A DNA stretch of 64,000 bases from Oscillibacter sp. (GCF_017937405.1 NZ_JAGBDS010000007.1); one strand, 5' to 3'; numbered from the stretch's first letter, positions 18,949 through 29,158 are shown. The notes: a model not told the origin generated them from the sequence alone. Made by a program: numbers and translations.

Positions 18949-19419
18949 TTACTTAACAGGGATAACGGGGAGATGGGTGACCTTTTTGACATGATTCATA
19001 AAACCATAGTAATCCGACTTCTTCCCCTGATAACGGGGGCCGTCAGCGCAGGAGATGTGATTCATAACAAAGTGGATGTGTACATCATCCGTGTTGGCAT
19101 GGACGGCATAGACTACCTGATGTTCCTGGGCGTAGTATTTGACAATCTCATTGGCAAACCGATTGGCCTGCTCAGGTGTAATATGTTCATCCTCACTAAA
19201 GCTGAGCACCGAATGGCGCACCTTCTTACCGTCCTCCTTTCCAAACTCCATGGCTGTCTCTTCCATCTCCTGTGCCGCCAACTGCACAGAGCTAATATTG
19301 CATCCCCCGGTATAAACCGCCTTCACCGGGTCCAGGATGTAGTTTACTGCCGAGCGATATGCAGTCTCATCGAAAAATTTGTTCTTTTCGCCTCGTCCGG
19401 CGACTTTGTAAGTGGACAT
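18949..19419 (-). CDS. Short relaxase/mobilisation nuclease (MOB-P-like HUH)
   Basis: AVNYI (catalytic Tyr candidate), HSVLSF, AVHANTDDVHIHFV. Confidence 0.88.
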   Translation of the reverse strand: MSTYKVAGRGEKNKFFDETAYRSAVNYILDPVKAVYTGGCNISSVQLAAQEMEETAMEFGKEDGKKVRHSVLSFSEDEHITPEQANRFANEIVKYYAQEHQVVYAVHANTDDVHIHFVMNHISCADGPRYQGKKSDYYGFMNHVKKVTHLPVIPVK

Positions 19420-19685
19420 AACTTTTTCCTCCTATCATTGATTATCTGTAGGTTCCTCATATGGTAAAAGAGAACAATATATAATTAAATATCATCTATT
19501 TTATATAAATTATGGATTATTGATGGTAATTTGATATTTATTTGTACCCTATTATTTTTCGCAAGGGGAAGGAGCACTTCCCCGGGGAACCCTTATCTTT
19601 TTGTTAGTCGGGTAATCATAAATAATGAGAAATAATTATCAGCAGAGATACTTTATTTATCAAAGCAACTGCTTATCGAAAGACG

Positions 19686-19756
19686 TAGGGGGAAGGGGAA
19701 GCCAAAGAGCGGCCGCAAGCGGCCTTTAAGAGAAAGCCACCTTCCCCTTCCCCCTA
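19686..19756. other. oriT-like inverted repeat
   Basis: Perfect 16-bp IR TAGGGGGAAGGGGAAG / CTTCCCCTTCCCCCTA enclosing GGCCGC-AA-GCGGCC, upstream of the relaxase. Function inferred. Confidence 0.5.
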
Positions 19757-20103
19757 ACCCCCATTCCTTTCCGGCTTTCTCCCGTTTGAGAGAAAAATTT
19801 TTATACTGTCTGTCATACTCCATGGAACCTTGCTCGAAAGCGTGGCAACCTACTGTGTTCTGTTGACTCAAAAACTTTGATTTCATCTATCATTCGAGAG
19901 CACAATCTATCTTGGTAAAACAGCGAACCAACCCCAGCCATTAGATGATGGAAAGCCGCGTGGCTTTCCGTCATTATCTTTTTTCACCTATAAGGGTCTC
20001 TCCAAGCGCTCCAAACTGACAAATGGCTCTGCACATCTCTAGTTATCAAGCTTGAGCCATGATATAATAAAATTATAAAGTCACAGCAAGAAAGTGGTGT
20101 AGC

Positions 20104-21386
20104 ATGGACAGCAAGCTAAAAGAAGATAAGCAGTTCAATACTATTGTAAAAAAATACCTGCACCTGACCCTTGTATTAGATGTACCGTATGTCAACCTCC
20201 CACTGCAAGCCTTATGGACGAGTGTTTTCACCTATCTACTGTTTCATCGTCTTCGAACTCCCCCACAGCAAAAATGCAAACGGATGTGGCTGACCTTGTG
20301 GAATATTCCACTTCATCAGATTCCCAGTTTTTTCTCCCTAACAGCGTCTTTTTTGAATCTACGATAGACAGCTATCTTCTTCGCTACTATTTGGCTAACG
20401 CCGAATTATATGAGACCACTACATACATGGAATCCCTTCCCCTAACAATGCAAAACTCTTTAGACGCCTATTTAAAACTTCCATTAAATAAAAGGAAACC
20501 TTTAGTCGATCCACTTCCCATAAAACAGCATGGTGATTTCTGCTATTCGAGATTCGCTATTGCTGCAAAAGAAGACCTTCTATGCAAGGCACTATATATG
20601 TATAAGAATGCGTCTGCACAATCTGCAACTCTAAACTATATGGGAACGTTCTTTTCAGGCAGTGTTTTTTCCAATCAACGCAATTATTGCTCAGAAGAAT
20701 ACCCTCATAGTCTCCCGGCTTTCAAACTTGAAGACTATATATTTTATGAATTCCACACGAGAATTTCTTTTGTTATTGAGGCATGTTCGGCTTTATTGGA
20801 AATTCAGGATACCGAAAACTACGAAATATGTAAAAAAGAGTTGATATCTTCTTTACATGAAATCCTATGCATTCCCAGTATATTATCCGGAATTTTTATA
20901 ATGCGGCAGTGCATACTCGAATCCATTTGGTCCGTGGATTATACTCCGTATTCCCGTTCAATCATTGAGGATATTCACACAAGGCCAGAAATCCCCGCCA
21001 AGCAGCAAGTAATTCATTCTGCTTTTTCTCGCGTACTCCGTGGCTGGAGCAAAGGAAGTTTTCTTTATACAGAGCCGTGTAATGTATCCGTAGAAAAGCT
21101 GGTTTTGTGCCAACGCACTGCTCTTGTGCTTTTGTCCGCCATAAAGTCACCAATAAATATAGTGGAGTACGTAGAGCGTCCGCGCTATGGTCCTGTTGCA
21201 TTTTGCAATTCACGTCATCGAGGAGTAAAAAGATACCTCGATGATTTGGAAGTGCTTAATTCATGTCCAGTCCAAAACACATGGAGTTCAAAAGAGAAGC
21301 ATTGGATTTTGTTTCAAGAAATATACCAAGCAGTACGCGAGACATTACCCACACCCCCCATATTCAATTTTAAGGGCGATAGCTGA
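20104..21386 (+). CDS. AT-rich orphan protein (long ORF from 20214; likely true start 20104 across a -1 shift at A7 20148-20154)
   Basis: 390-codon ORF in AT-rich DNA, TATAAT upstream, hairpin downstream; no recognisable family. Confidence 0.65.
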
Positions 21387-21516
21387 AAAACACACCCCGG
21401 ATTCGTGATTATTTAGGTTCGAATCCGGGATGTGTTTTCCTTTATAAAATTATAAAATAATGGCACGAGGTACAGTTGCGCAGCCCCTTGCAATATTGAA
21501 AAAGTGGAGGCATTAT

Positions 21517-23745
21517 ATGCTGTCTGACAAGCATCCCCTTATGCGGGTAATTGTTCGCCCTGAGCACAGCGACCATATCCCGACGTTCTACAACAACATC
21601 CCCATCCGCGATGGGCCGGTTCTGGATTGTCTGAAATCCGAGTTCCCTTTCTGGCAACCTAAGAACCCGGTAATGATCAATACTCCTCTGGGCTCTGGTA
21701 AGACCACCTTCGTCTATGATGTCTTGCTGCCCAATGCCCTGGAACAGGGGAAGAATCTCCTGTTGGTGTCTAATCGGGTGGCACTGTCCAGCCAGCAGAA
21801 GTTCGCTATTATGGAGCGGACACACGATCCGAGGAAAAAACTGCTGACGGATGAAGGTGTGCGTCTAACCGAGGACTTTGGCCCGGTTCGTATCGTTACA
21901 TACCATCGGTTGCCCGCCCTCCTGCACGATAAGGCGGCTGTCCCGTGGATTACGAACCTGGCGTATATCGTCTTTGACGAGTGCCATTTCTTTGCTGCTG
22001 ATGCGCTCTTCAATAGCAACGCCGATTACTATCTCCGCTTGGCCTGCCAGCGTTTTAGTCACTCGATCCGCGTCTATATGACCGGAACCAGTTTGGATAT
22101 TTTAGAGCCATTGGCTAACGCAGAATTAAAGTACTACCGTCACCCCCGCACTTTTGTTCCCCAATATGTTCCCCCGCGGGAGTTCATCCGATATACACGT
22201 TCCCATGATTTTTCTTCATATTCTCTACACTTTTTCCGGGACTTGTCCGATCTTCAGCCGAAGATTTTGGAAAAACCCCATGAAAAATGGCTGGTCTTTA
22301 CGGACAGCAAAGAGCGTGGAAGAACGTTCGGAAGGGCGCTAGGTAGTAAGTGCCTGTACCTTGACGCTGACAGCAAGGGAACAACCGAGTGGAATTCCAT
22401 TGTCAGCTCGAAGCGCTTTGAGCAGCAGGTTCTGATTACAACCTCTGCGCTTGATAACGGCATCGATATTATTGACCCGGCTGTCAAAAATATCGCTGTC
22501 ATCGCAGACAATCGAACCTCGCTCATCCAGATGATGGGCCGCAAGCGGCTCGGAAAGAGCGAAAAGATCAATCTTTGGGTCTGTGATCTTCCGATGAAAA
22601 CAATCTCAGCTAGGTTCCAGCAGTGCGATTCATGGCTGGACTGGTATGCGCGGCTCGATAGATGTGTTTTACCAGACCATTACCTTAAATTTGGACGGGA
22701 CATCTGGGATGAGCGCGATGTCTCGCTCCATAACCTTTTTCGGCCTGGGAAAGGTAGATTTTATCCCAATAATCTTGCCCGCCACGTTATCGTTCGCCGG
22801 CACCTTTTCTTCAAGAGTATTTTGGACGGAAACACGACCTTCAGACGGGAAGTGGCAACGTGGTTAGGATTCAATCCTGATGATACTTCTGGCAAAGAAA
22901 GGCTGTACAACTTTCGGAATACGCTGGCCGTTTTGAAGGGCATTTTGACGGGCAGCCTCTCCTACGCTGTCCAGCCATTGAAATATATTCCTTACAGCCC
23001 TGCCGAGTATATCGACTTGCCCTCTACCCGTGCAACTCCGGCTGTGAAATCCAGGAGTTCTCCCCATGTCTACCTCACTCCTGAACAGATGGCAAAAATC
23101 TTTGAGCGCTTTCCGGAGGGAAGCAGTTCCTATCTTCCCCTTCTGCTTGGATATAAATGTGGCTTGCGCATTGCCGAGGCCTTCGCTCTGGACTGGGACA
23201 GCATTGACCTTCAGGCTAAGAAGCTGACTGTCCGGCAGCAGATACTCTGGCAGGAAAAGGACAAGGAAAGTGGAGCAGCCGCTTACTGGTACTTCACCTT
23301 GCCCAAGTATAACAGCATCCGAACGATTGAACTTTCTTCGGATGTGGTGGCAGCGCTGGAACGGGAGAAGGCCCGCCAGGGGGAAGCACGCGATTTCTAC
23401 AGCGATTTCTACATCCGCCAGTACAGAGATGAAGCCAGCCATCTCAACACAGCCGGACAGGGAGATGAGGTACATTTGGTGATGGTTCGACCGGATGGTT
23501 CCTACATCAACAGCAGAACTATGCAGCATGTCAGCAGAGTTGCAACGCAGGAGCTAGGGTTTGAGAAATTCGACTACCATTCTCTGCGGCCCACCCACGC
23601 CACCATGCTTGCGGAGTTGGGTGCCTCCCCCAAGTATGTGCAGCACCGCCTTGGACATAAAAATATCCAGGTCACCATGAACATCTACCAACACCTCACC
23701 GATAAAATGTCTGAGGAGGGAGCCCGACTACTGGACACGCTTTGA
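21517..23745 (+). CDS. SF2 (DExH) helicase fused in frame to a tyrosine integrase catalytic region
   Basis: GSGKT, DECH, MTGT, TTSALDNGID, QMMGRKR; from ~22915 GLRIAE, PK, HSLR, LGH, NIY. GGAGG RBS before ATG 21517. Confidence 0.88.
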   Translation: MLSDKHPLMRVIVRPEHSDHIPTFYNNIPIRDGPVLDCLKSEFPFWQPKNPVMINTPLGSGKTTFVYDVLLPNALEQGKNLLLVSNRVALSSQQKFAIMERTHDPRKKLLTDEGVRLTEDFGPVRIVTYHRLPALLHDKAAVPWITNLAYIVFDECHFFAADALFNSNADYYLRLACQRFSHSIRVYMTGTSLDILEPLANAELKYYRHPRTFVPQYVPPREFIRYTRSHDFSSYSLHFFRDLSDLQPKILEKPHEKWLVFTDSKERGRTFGRALGSKCLYLDADSKGTTEWNSIVSSKRFEQQVLITTSALDNGIDIIDPAVKNIAVIADNRTSLIQMMGRKRLGKSEKINLWVCDLPMKTISARFQQCDSWLDWYARLDRCVLPDHYLKFGRDIWDERDVSLHNLFRPGKGRFYPNNLARHVIVRRHLFFKSILDGNTTFRREVATWLGFNPDDTSGKERLYNFRNTLAVLKGILTGSLSYAVQPLKYIPYSPAEYIDLPSTRATPAVKSRSSPHVYLTPEQMAKIFERFPEGSSSYLPLLLGYKCGLRIAEAFALDWDSIDLQAKKLTVRQQILWQEKDKESGAAAYWYFTLPKYNSIRTIELSSDVVAALEREKARQGEARDFYSDFYIRQYRDEASHLNTAGQGDEVHLVMVRPDGSYINSRTMQHVSRVATQELGFEKFDYHSLRPTHATMLAELGASPKYVQHRLGHKNIQVTMNIYQHLTDKMSEEGARLLDTL

Positions 23746-23752
23746 AAATTTG

Positions 23753-23773
23753 GTTGACAAAATGTTGACAAAA
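23753..23773. repeat. Tandem GTTGACAAAA direct repeat (integrase arm-type site candidate)
   Basis: Two copies with 11-bp period right after the integrase stop. Confidence 0.55.
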
Positions 23774-23777
23774 CGGA

Positions 23778-23812
23778 AAAAATGCCCGCTTCACTGCGAA
23801 GCGGGCATTTTT
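23778..23812. terminator. Bidirectional terminator
   Basis: AAAAATGCCCGCTTC...GAAGCGGGCATTTTT between convergent genes. Confidence 0.8.
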
Positions 23813-23860
23813 GATATGCAGATAAAAGTTCCGAAAACGCAGCTTTTCAGCCGTTTTTTC

Positions 23861-24859
23861 TTACTTCTGGCTCTCAGCAACAGCCACGGCCACGGCGACG
23901 GTGGCGCCGACCATGGGGTTGTTGCCCATGCCCAGGAAGCCCATCATCTCGACGTGGGCGGGCACGGAGGAGGAGCCGGCGAACTGGGCGTCGGAGTGCA
24001 TCCGGCCCATGGTGTCGGTCATGCCGTAGCTGGCGGGGCCGGCGGCCATGTTGTCGGGATGCAGGGTCCGGCCGGTGCCGCCGCCGGAGGCGACGGAGAA
24101 GTACTTCTTGCCCTTCTCGATGCACTCCTTCTTATAGGTGCCGGCAACGGGGTGCTGGAAGCGGGTGGGGTTGGTGGAGTTGCCGGTGATGGACACGTCC
24201 ACGCCCTCCAGGTGCATGATGGCAACGCCCTCGCGGACGTCGTCAGCGCCGTAGCAGCGGACGCCCGCACGCTCACCCTCGGAGTAGCGGACCTCGCGGA
24301 CCACAGCCACCTCGCCGGTGGCGTAGTCGAACTGGGTCTGGACGTAGGTAAAGCCGTTGATGCGGCTGATGATCTGAGCGGCGTCCTTGCCCAGGCCGTT
24401 CAGGATGACCCGCAGGGGCTCCTTGCGGGCCTTGTTGGCGTTGCGGACGATGCCGATGGCGCCCTCGGCAGCGGCGAAGGACTCGTGGCCGGCCAGGAAG
24501 GCAAAGCACTTGGTCTCGTCCCGCAGCAGCATGGCGCCCAGGTTGCCGTGGCCCAGGCCCACCTTGCGGTCCTCGGCGACGGAGCCGGCGATGCAGAAGG
24601 CCTGCAGGCCCTCGCCGATAGCCTCGGCGGCCTCAGCAGCAGTCTTCACGCCCTTCTTCAGAGCGATGGCGGCGCCCACGCAGTAGGCCCAGCAGGCGTT
24701 CTCAAAGCAGATGGGCTGAATGCCCTTAACGATGTCGTAGGGGTCGAAGCCGGCGGCTTTGCAGATGTCGCGGCACTCCTCCACGCTGGAAATTCCGTAC
24801 TGAGCCAGGACGGAATTGATCTTGTCGATTCTTCTCTCGTAGCTTTCAAACAGAGCCAT
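23861..24859 (-). CDS. GGGtGRT protein
   Basis: Signature SVASGGGTGRTLHPD; MALFESYERR start. Confidence 0.95.
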   Translation of the reverse strand: MALFESYERRIDKINSVLAQYGISSVEECRDICKAAGFDPYDIVKGIQPICFENACWAYCVGAAIALKKGVKTAAEAAEAIGEGLQAFCIAGSVAEDRKVGLGHGNLGAMLLRDETKCFAFLAGHESFAAAEGAIGIVRNANKARKEPLRVILNGLGKDAAQIISRINGFTYVQTQFDYATGEVAVVREVRYSEGERAGVRCYGADDVREGVAIMHLEGVDVSITGNSTNPTRFQHPVAGTYKKECIEKGKKYFSVASGGGTGRTLHPDNMAAGPASYGMTDTMGRMHSDAQFAGSSSVPAHVEMMGFLGMGNNPMVGATVAVAVAVAESQK

Positions 24860-24878
24860 TTGTCAATTCCTCCTTTTC

Positions 24879-25571
24879 TTACTCGTGACGGGGGTCGATG
24901 TACTTGACGGCGGCGTCAAACTGGCCGTAGTGGCCCTTGGCCTTTTCCAGGGCCTCATTGGCGTCCACGCCCTTCTTGATGGCGTCCATCATCTTGCCCA
25001 GGTTGACGAACTCATAGCCGATGATCTCGTCGTCCTTGTTCAGGGCGATGCGGGTGCAGTAGCCCTCGGCCATCTCCAGGTAGCGGGGGCCCTTCTCCTT
25101 GGTGGCGAACATGGTGCCCACCTGAGAGCGCAGGCCCTTGCCCAGGTCCTCCAGAGAGGCGCCGATGGGCAGGCCGCCCTCGGAGAAAGCGGTCTGGGTG
25201 CGGCCGTAGACGATCTGCAGGAACAGCTCCCGCATGGCGGTGTTGATGGCGTCGCACACCAGGTCGGTGTTCAGAGCCTCCAGCAGGGTCTTGCCGATGA
25301 GGATCTCAGAAGCCATGGCGGCGGAGTGGGTCATGCCGGAGCAGCCCAGGGTCTCCACCAGGGCCTCCTCGATGATGCCGTCCTTCACGTTCAGGGTCAG
25401 CTTACAGGCACCCTGCTGGGGGGCGCACCAGCCCACACCGTGAGTCAGGCCGGAAATGTCCTTGATTTCCTTGGCCTGGACCCATTTGCCCTCTTCGGGG
25501 ATGGGAGCGGGACCATGGTATGCGCCCTTGGCGACGGGGCACATATTCTGCACTTCGGTAGAGTAGATCAT
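24879..25571 (-). CDS. NifU/IscU-like Fe-S scaffold-related protein (GGGtGRT partner)
   Basis: GWCAPQQGAC, ETLGCSG, DLVCDAIN. Confidence 0.88.
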   Translation of the reverse strand: MIYSTEVQNMCPVAKGAYHGPAPIPEEGKWVQAKEIKDISGLTHGVGWCAPQQGACKLTLNVKDGIIEEALVETLGCSGMTHSAAMASEILIGKTLLEALNTDLVCDAINTAMRELFLQIVYGRTQTAFSEGGLPIGASLEDLGKGLRSQVGTMFATKEKGPRYLEMAEGYCTRIALNKDDEIIGYEFVNLGKMMDAIKKGVDANEALEKAKGHYGQFDAAVKYIDPRHE

Positions 25572-25736
25572 GTTCGTGCGTTCCTTTCCTTATCTGTATT
25601 TTTCCGAAAACCGCCATTTTAGGCAGCTTCCGATGGATTTCTGCACAACATTATATCGGTAAACGATTACCTTGTCAAGCAACGGGAATCGTTTGCGTGG
25701 AATTTTTATAAAATACCAGTTTTTTCTCTCTTTTCC

Positions 25737-26651
25737 TCATTTGACTCTCTGAATGACGGTGGAATAGGGGTGCTCCCCATCACCGGGCGCCACTTCCCGC
25801 AGCTCGCCCGTCACCAGCAAAGCCAGCAGGCGGCGGTATAGCCAGCCGTCCCCCACACCGGGCAGGGCTGTCAGGGCGTCCGCCAGGACTCTTCCCATTT
25901 TCACCGGCTCCTCCGGCAGGGATGCCCGCAGGGCAAAGTCGTAGAAGTCCTCCGGCACGCTGCTGAGCCGCCCGTTGACCACCGCCCGCAGGGGCGCGTT
26001 TTCCGCTGCTAATTCCCGCCAGCGGCCAGCATAGGCCCGGCGCCGGTTCGGTTCCAGCTCCACAGCCCCGGAGGCCATGGCACCCAGCTCCTCTGGATTC
26101 ACCTCACCCAAGCCCCGGATCTCCACCATGACACCGTCCCGGCGAACCGACTCCCGGGGCGCCCACACCACAGAAATGGGCGTCTCCATATCCCGCAGCA
26201 GATCGCAGACGAAGTACACACCGCAAAGGTCATCGGGACACCAGGGAGCCGCCCAGACGCGGACAGGCTCACTTCCCGCTTCCCGCAGACGCCGCAGGGT
26301 CTCCATGCTGGTGTCCCAGCTTTCATCCAAACACCGGAGGGCATCCTCGCCCCATGCTTCTTCCAGGTGCTCCAGGACTGTCTTCCGGCTCACCAGAGTC
26401 CCGCCCGCTAACAGGCCTGACAAATCTCCCACGCTCAAGGCCAAAAGCAGCGGCGAAACATCCTCCCGGCCGCCGCCCAGGTCCAGGCCAGTCCAAGTCC
26501 GCGTCTTTTGCCGGGGTGGTTCCCGGAACTCCGCCAGAGTCCCCTCGGGATATATACCCGCTTGGACAGAAAACCACTTATCCCCCGGGCGGCTGCTTTT
26601 GGCGATCTTCAGTCCTCCTGCGACACCCTGCTCAAATACCACTTCCAGCAT
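25737..26651 (-). CDS. DUF1835/DUF3658 family protein
   Basis: MLEVVF start, LSVGD, VRVW, ENAPLRAVVNGRLSSVPEDFYD, GVGDGW. Confidence 0.8.
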   Translation of the reverse strand: MLEVVFEQGVAGGLKIAKSSRPGDKWFSVQAGIYPEGTLAEFREPPRQKTRTWTGLDLGGGREDVSPLLLALSVGDLSGLLAGGTLVSRKTVLEHLEEAWGEDALRCLDESWDTSMETLRRLREAGSEPVRVWAAPWCPDDLCGVYFVCDLLRDMETPISVVWAPRESVRRDGVMVEIRGLGEVNPEELGAMASGAVELEPNRRRAYAGRWRELAAENAPLRAVVNGRLSSVPEDFYDFALRASLPEEPVKMGRVLADALTALPGVGDGWLYRRLLALLVTGELREVAPGDGEHPYSTVIQRVK

Positions 26652-26820
26652 AGGGTTACCTCTCTTTCTTTTTTCTCCATCCTAGCACAGTACGGACAGA
26701 AAAACCACCCTCCGCCGGGAAACGGAGGGTGGTTTTCGTATGTGGTGAACGCCGTCAGGTGGTGGGCCTTATGCTATTCGCCAATAAAAATCAGACATGA
26801 TTTTCATTTGGAGATCCGTA

Positions 26821-28917
26821 TTACAGCAGGTTCATCAGATTGAAGGCCAGGATCAGGCCGGAGAACACGATGGAAACGGTGGAGCACAGCTTGATCAGGA
26901 TATTCAGGGAGGGGCCGGAGGTATCCTTGAAGGGGTCGCCCACAGTGTCGCCTACGACGGCGGCCTTGTGGCAGTCAGAGCCCTTGCCGCCGTGGTGGCC
27001 AGATTCAATATACTTCTTAGCGTTATCCCAGGCGCCGCCGGCGTTGGACATGAACACGGCCATGGCAAAGCCGGTGACGGACACGCCGCCCAGCAGGCCC
27101 ACAACACCCAGAGGCCCGAGGATCAGGCCGGTGGCAATGGGAACGATGATAGCCAACAGAGCAGGAGCCACCATCTCATGCAGGGCGCCCTTGGTGCACA
27201 GCGCCACGCAGGAGGCGTAGTCGGGGTCGGCCTTGTATTCCATGATGCCCTTGATCTCGCGGAACTGGCGGCGGACCTCCACCACGATGGACTGGGCGGC
27301 CTTCTGCACAGCGCTCATGGTGAAGGCGGAGAACACGAAGGTCAGCATGGCGCCGATGAACAGGCCAACCAGGACCATGGGGTTGGTCAGGGACAGGTCC
27401 AGGATCTCCTCGGTATTGCTCTGAACGATATCCACATAGGACACCAGCAGAGCCAGGGCGGTCAGAGAGGCAGAGCCGATGGCGAAGCCCTTACCGGTGG
27501 CGGCGGTGGTGTTGCCCAGGGAGTCCAGTGCGTCGGTACGGTTTCGGACTTCTTCGGGCAGACCGCTCATCTCGGCGATGCCGCCGGCGTTGTCGGCCAC
27601 GGGGCCGTAAGCATCGGTGGCCAGGGTGATGCCCAGAGTGGACAGCATGCCGACGCCGGCAATGCCGATGCCATACAGGCCCATGCCGAACTCGGTGCCG
27701 CCACCGGCGGCGAAGAAGCTGACGATCACGGCCACGGCCACGATCAGGATGGAAGTCATGGTGGATTTGAGCCCTAAGGAAATACCGCCGATGATGATGG
27801 TGGCGGAGCCGGTCTCGGAAGCGGCAGCCAGCTCCTGGGTGGGCTTGTAGGTATCAGAAGTGTAGTACTCGGTGAAGTAGCCGATGGCGCAGCCGCCGAT
27901 CAGGCCGCACAGGATGGCGACATACACACCCATGTTGCCCAGAATGACATAGGTCAGAGGGGCAGCCAGGACCGCGGCCAGGATAGCAGCGGTGTAGGTG
28001 CCGGTACGCAGGCTCTTCAGCAGGGACTCCTGGGTGGCGTCCTCGCGGGTCTTGACCAGGAAGGAGCCCAGGATGGAGCAAAGGATGCCGCACACGGCCA
28101 GCGCCAGAGGCAGCAGCATACCCTTGAAGCCGTAGCCGGCTACGCCGCCCAGAGCGAAGGTCGCCAGGATGGAACCGACATAGGACTCATACAGGTCGGC
28201 GCCCATGCCGGCCACGTCGCCCACGTTGTCGCCCACGTTATCGGCGATGGTGGCGGGGTTCCGGGGGTCATCCTCGGGGATGCCGGCCTCGACCTTGCCT
28301 ACCAGGTCAGCGCCCACGTCGGCAGCCTTGGTGTAGATGCCGCCGCCCACACGGGCAAACAGTGCCATGAAGGAGGCGCCCATGCCGTTCATGACCATGA
28401 TGTTGCCCAGCTGAACGGGATCGTCAATGCCGAAGGCATAGCGCAACAGGAAGAACCACATGGTGATGTCCAGCATACCCAAGCCGACCACGGTGAAGCC
28501 CATGACGGAGCCGGAGGAGAAAGCCACCCGCAGGCCCTTGTTCAGGCTCTCGGAAGCGGCCTGAGCGGTACGGGCGTTGGAGTTGGTGGCGATCTTCATG
28601 CCGATGAAGCCAGCCAGCATGGAGAACACGCCGCCGGTGACAAAGGCGAAGGGGGTGAACTTGGAGAGCATTTTGCCGCCGGTGGCGAACGCCATGACCA
28701 GCAGCGCGATGAACACCACGACAAAAACTTTGAAGACAGTGGTGTACTGCTGCTTCAGGTAAGCGTTTGCGCCGGAACGAATATTCGCGGCGATCTTTTT
28801 CATTCTTTCGGTGCCTTCAGAGTAGCTCATGACCTTCTTTGCCTGCATGACCGCAAACAATCCGGCAACGATGGCTCCGATAAAACCGATCCAAAACAGG
28901 TTTTCCATTGTTTCCAC
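26821..28917 (-). CDS. hppA: Membrane-bound K+-dependent (probably Na+-translocating) pyrophosphatase
   Basis: DVGADLVGKVE, DNVGDNVGD, GNTTAA (Ala = K+-dependent type), GDTVGDPFKDTSGP. Confidence 0.96.
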   Translation of the reverse strand: METMENLFWIGFIGAIVAGLFAVMQAKKVMSYSEGTERMKKIAANIRSGANAYLKQQYTTVFKVFVVVFIALLVMAFATGGKMLSKFTPFAFVTGGVFSMLAGFIGMKIATNSNARTAQAASESLNKGLRVAFSSGSVMGFTVVGLGMLDITMWFFLLRYAFGIDDPVQLGNIMVMNGMGASFMALFARVGGGIYTKAADVGADLVGKVEAGIPEDDPRNPATIADNVGDNVGDVAGMGADLYESYVGSILATFALGGVAGYGFKGMLLPLALAVCGILCSILGSFLVKTREDATQESLLKSLRTGTYTAAILAAVLAAPLTYVILGNMGVYVAILCGLIGGCAIGYFTEYYTSDTYKPTQELAAASETGSATIIIGGISLGLKSTMTSILIVAVAVIVSFFAAGGGTEFGMGLYGIGIAGVGMLSTLGITLATDAYGPVADNAGGIAEMSGLPEEVRNRTDALDSLGNTTAATGKGFAIGSASLTALALLVSYVDIVQSNTEEILDLSLTNPMVLVGLFIGAMLTFVFSAFTMSAVQKAAQSIVVEVRRQFREIKGIMEYKADPDYASCVALCTKGALHEMVAPALLAIIVPIATGLILGPLGVVGLLGGVSVTGFAMAVFMSNAGGAWDNAKKYIESGHHGGKGSDCHKAAVVGDTVGDPFKDTSGPSLNILIKLCSTVSIVFSGLILAFNLMNLL

Positions 28918-29127
28918 TCCTTGCTGTTTTATAGTGCTCCATTATTCTAACATATGTGAACGTTTTTTCAAGTAAGTTTTTCGCTGTTTTTTACGCAAAC
29001 GTTGTAACTTTTACGTTTTATCCAAATATTGCCGGTATTCTCCGTGCAAAACATCGTTTTTTGCGTAAAATTTTTCGCAAAATCGGGATTTTTGTAGCGC
29101 AAATTTTGATATTCGCTCCGATAAAAA

Positions 29128-29158
29128 ATACCCCGGACAGCATATGTCCGGGGGTATT
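29128..29158 (-). terminator. Terminator hairpin
   Basis: AATACCCCGGACA...TGTCCGGGGTATT. Confidence 0.7.

Larger units (their letters stand above)
9060..23850. mobile_element. Decaying integrative mobilisable element / genomic island (possibly composite)
   Basis: Visibly lower GC than the flanking core. Relaxase, excisionase-like HTH, integrase domain at the right end, phage-type recombination genes, TA pair, arm-type direct repeats at both edges. Boundaries approximate. Confidence 0.75.

Noticed and set aside
19653-19886. 77-aa ORF over the oriT-like IR
   Set aside because: Composition is dictated by the inverted repeat; no MobC-like motif recognised.
21387-21438. GGTTCGAATCC tRNA T-loop-like motif
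   Set aside because: Part of a terminator-like inverted repeat; no acceptor stem or CCA.
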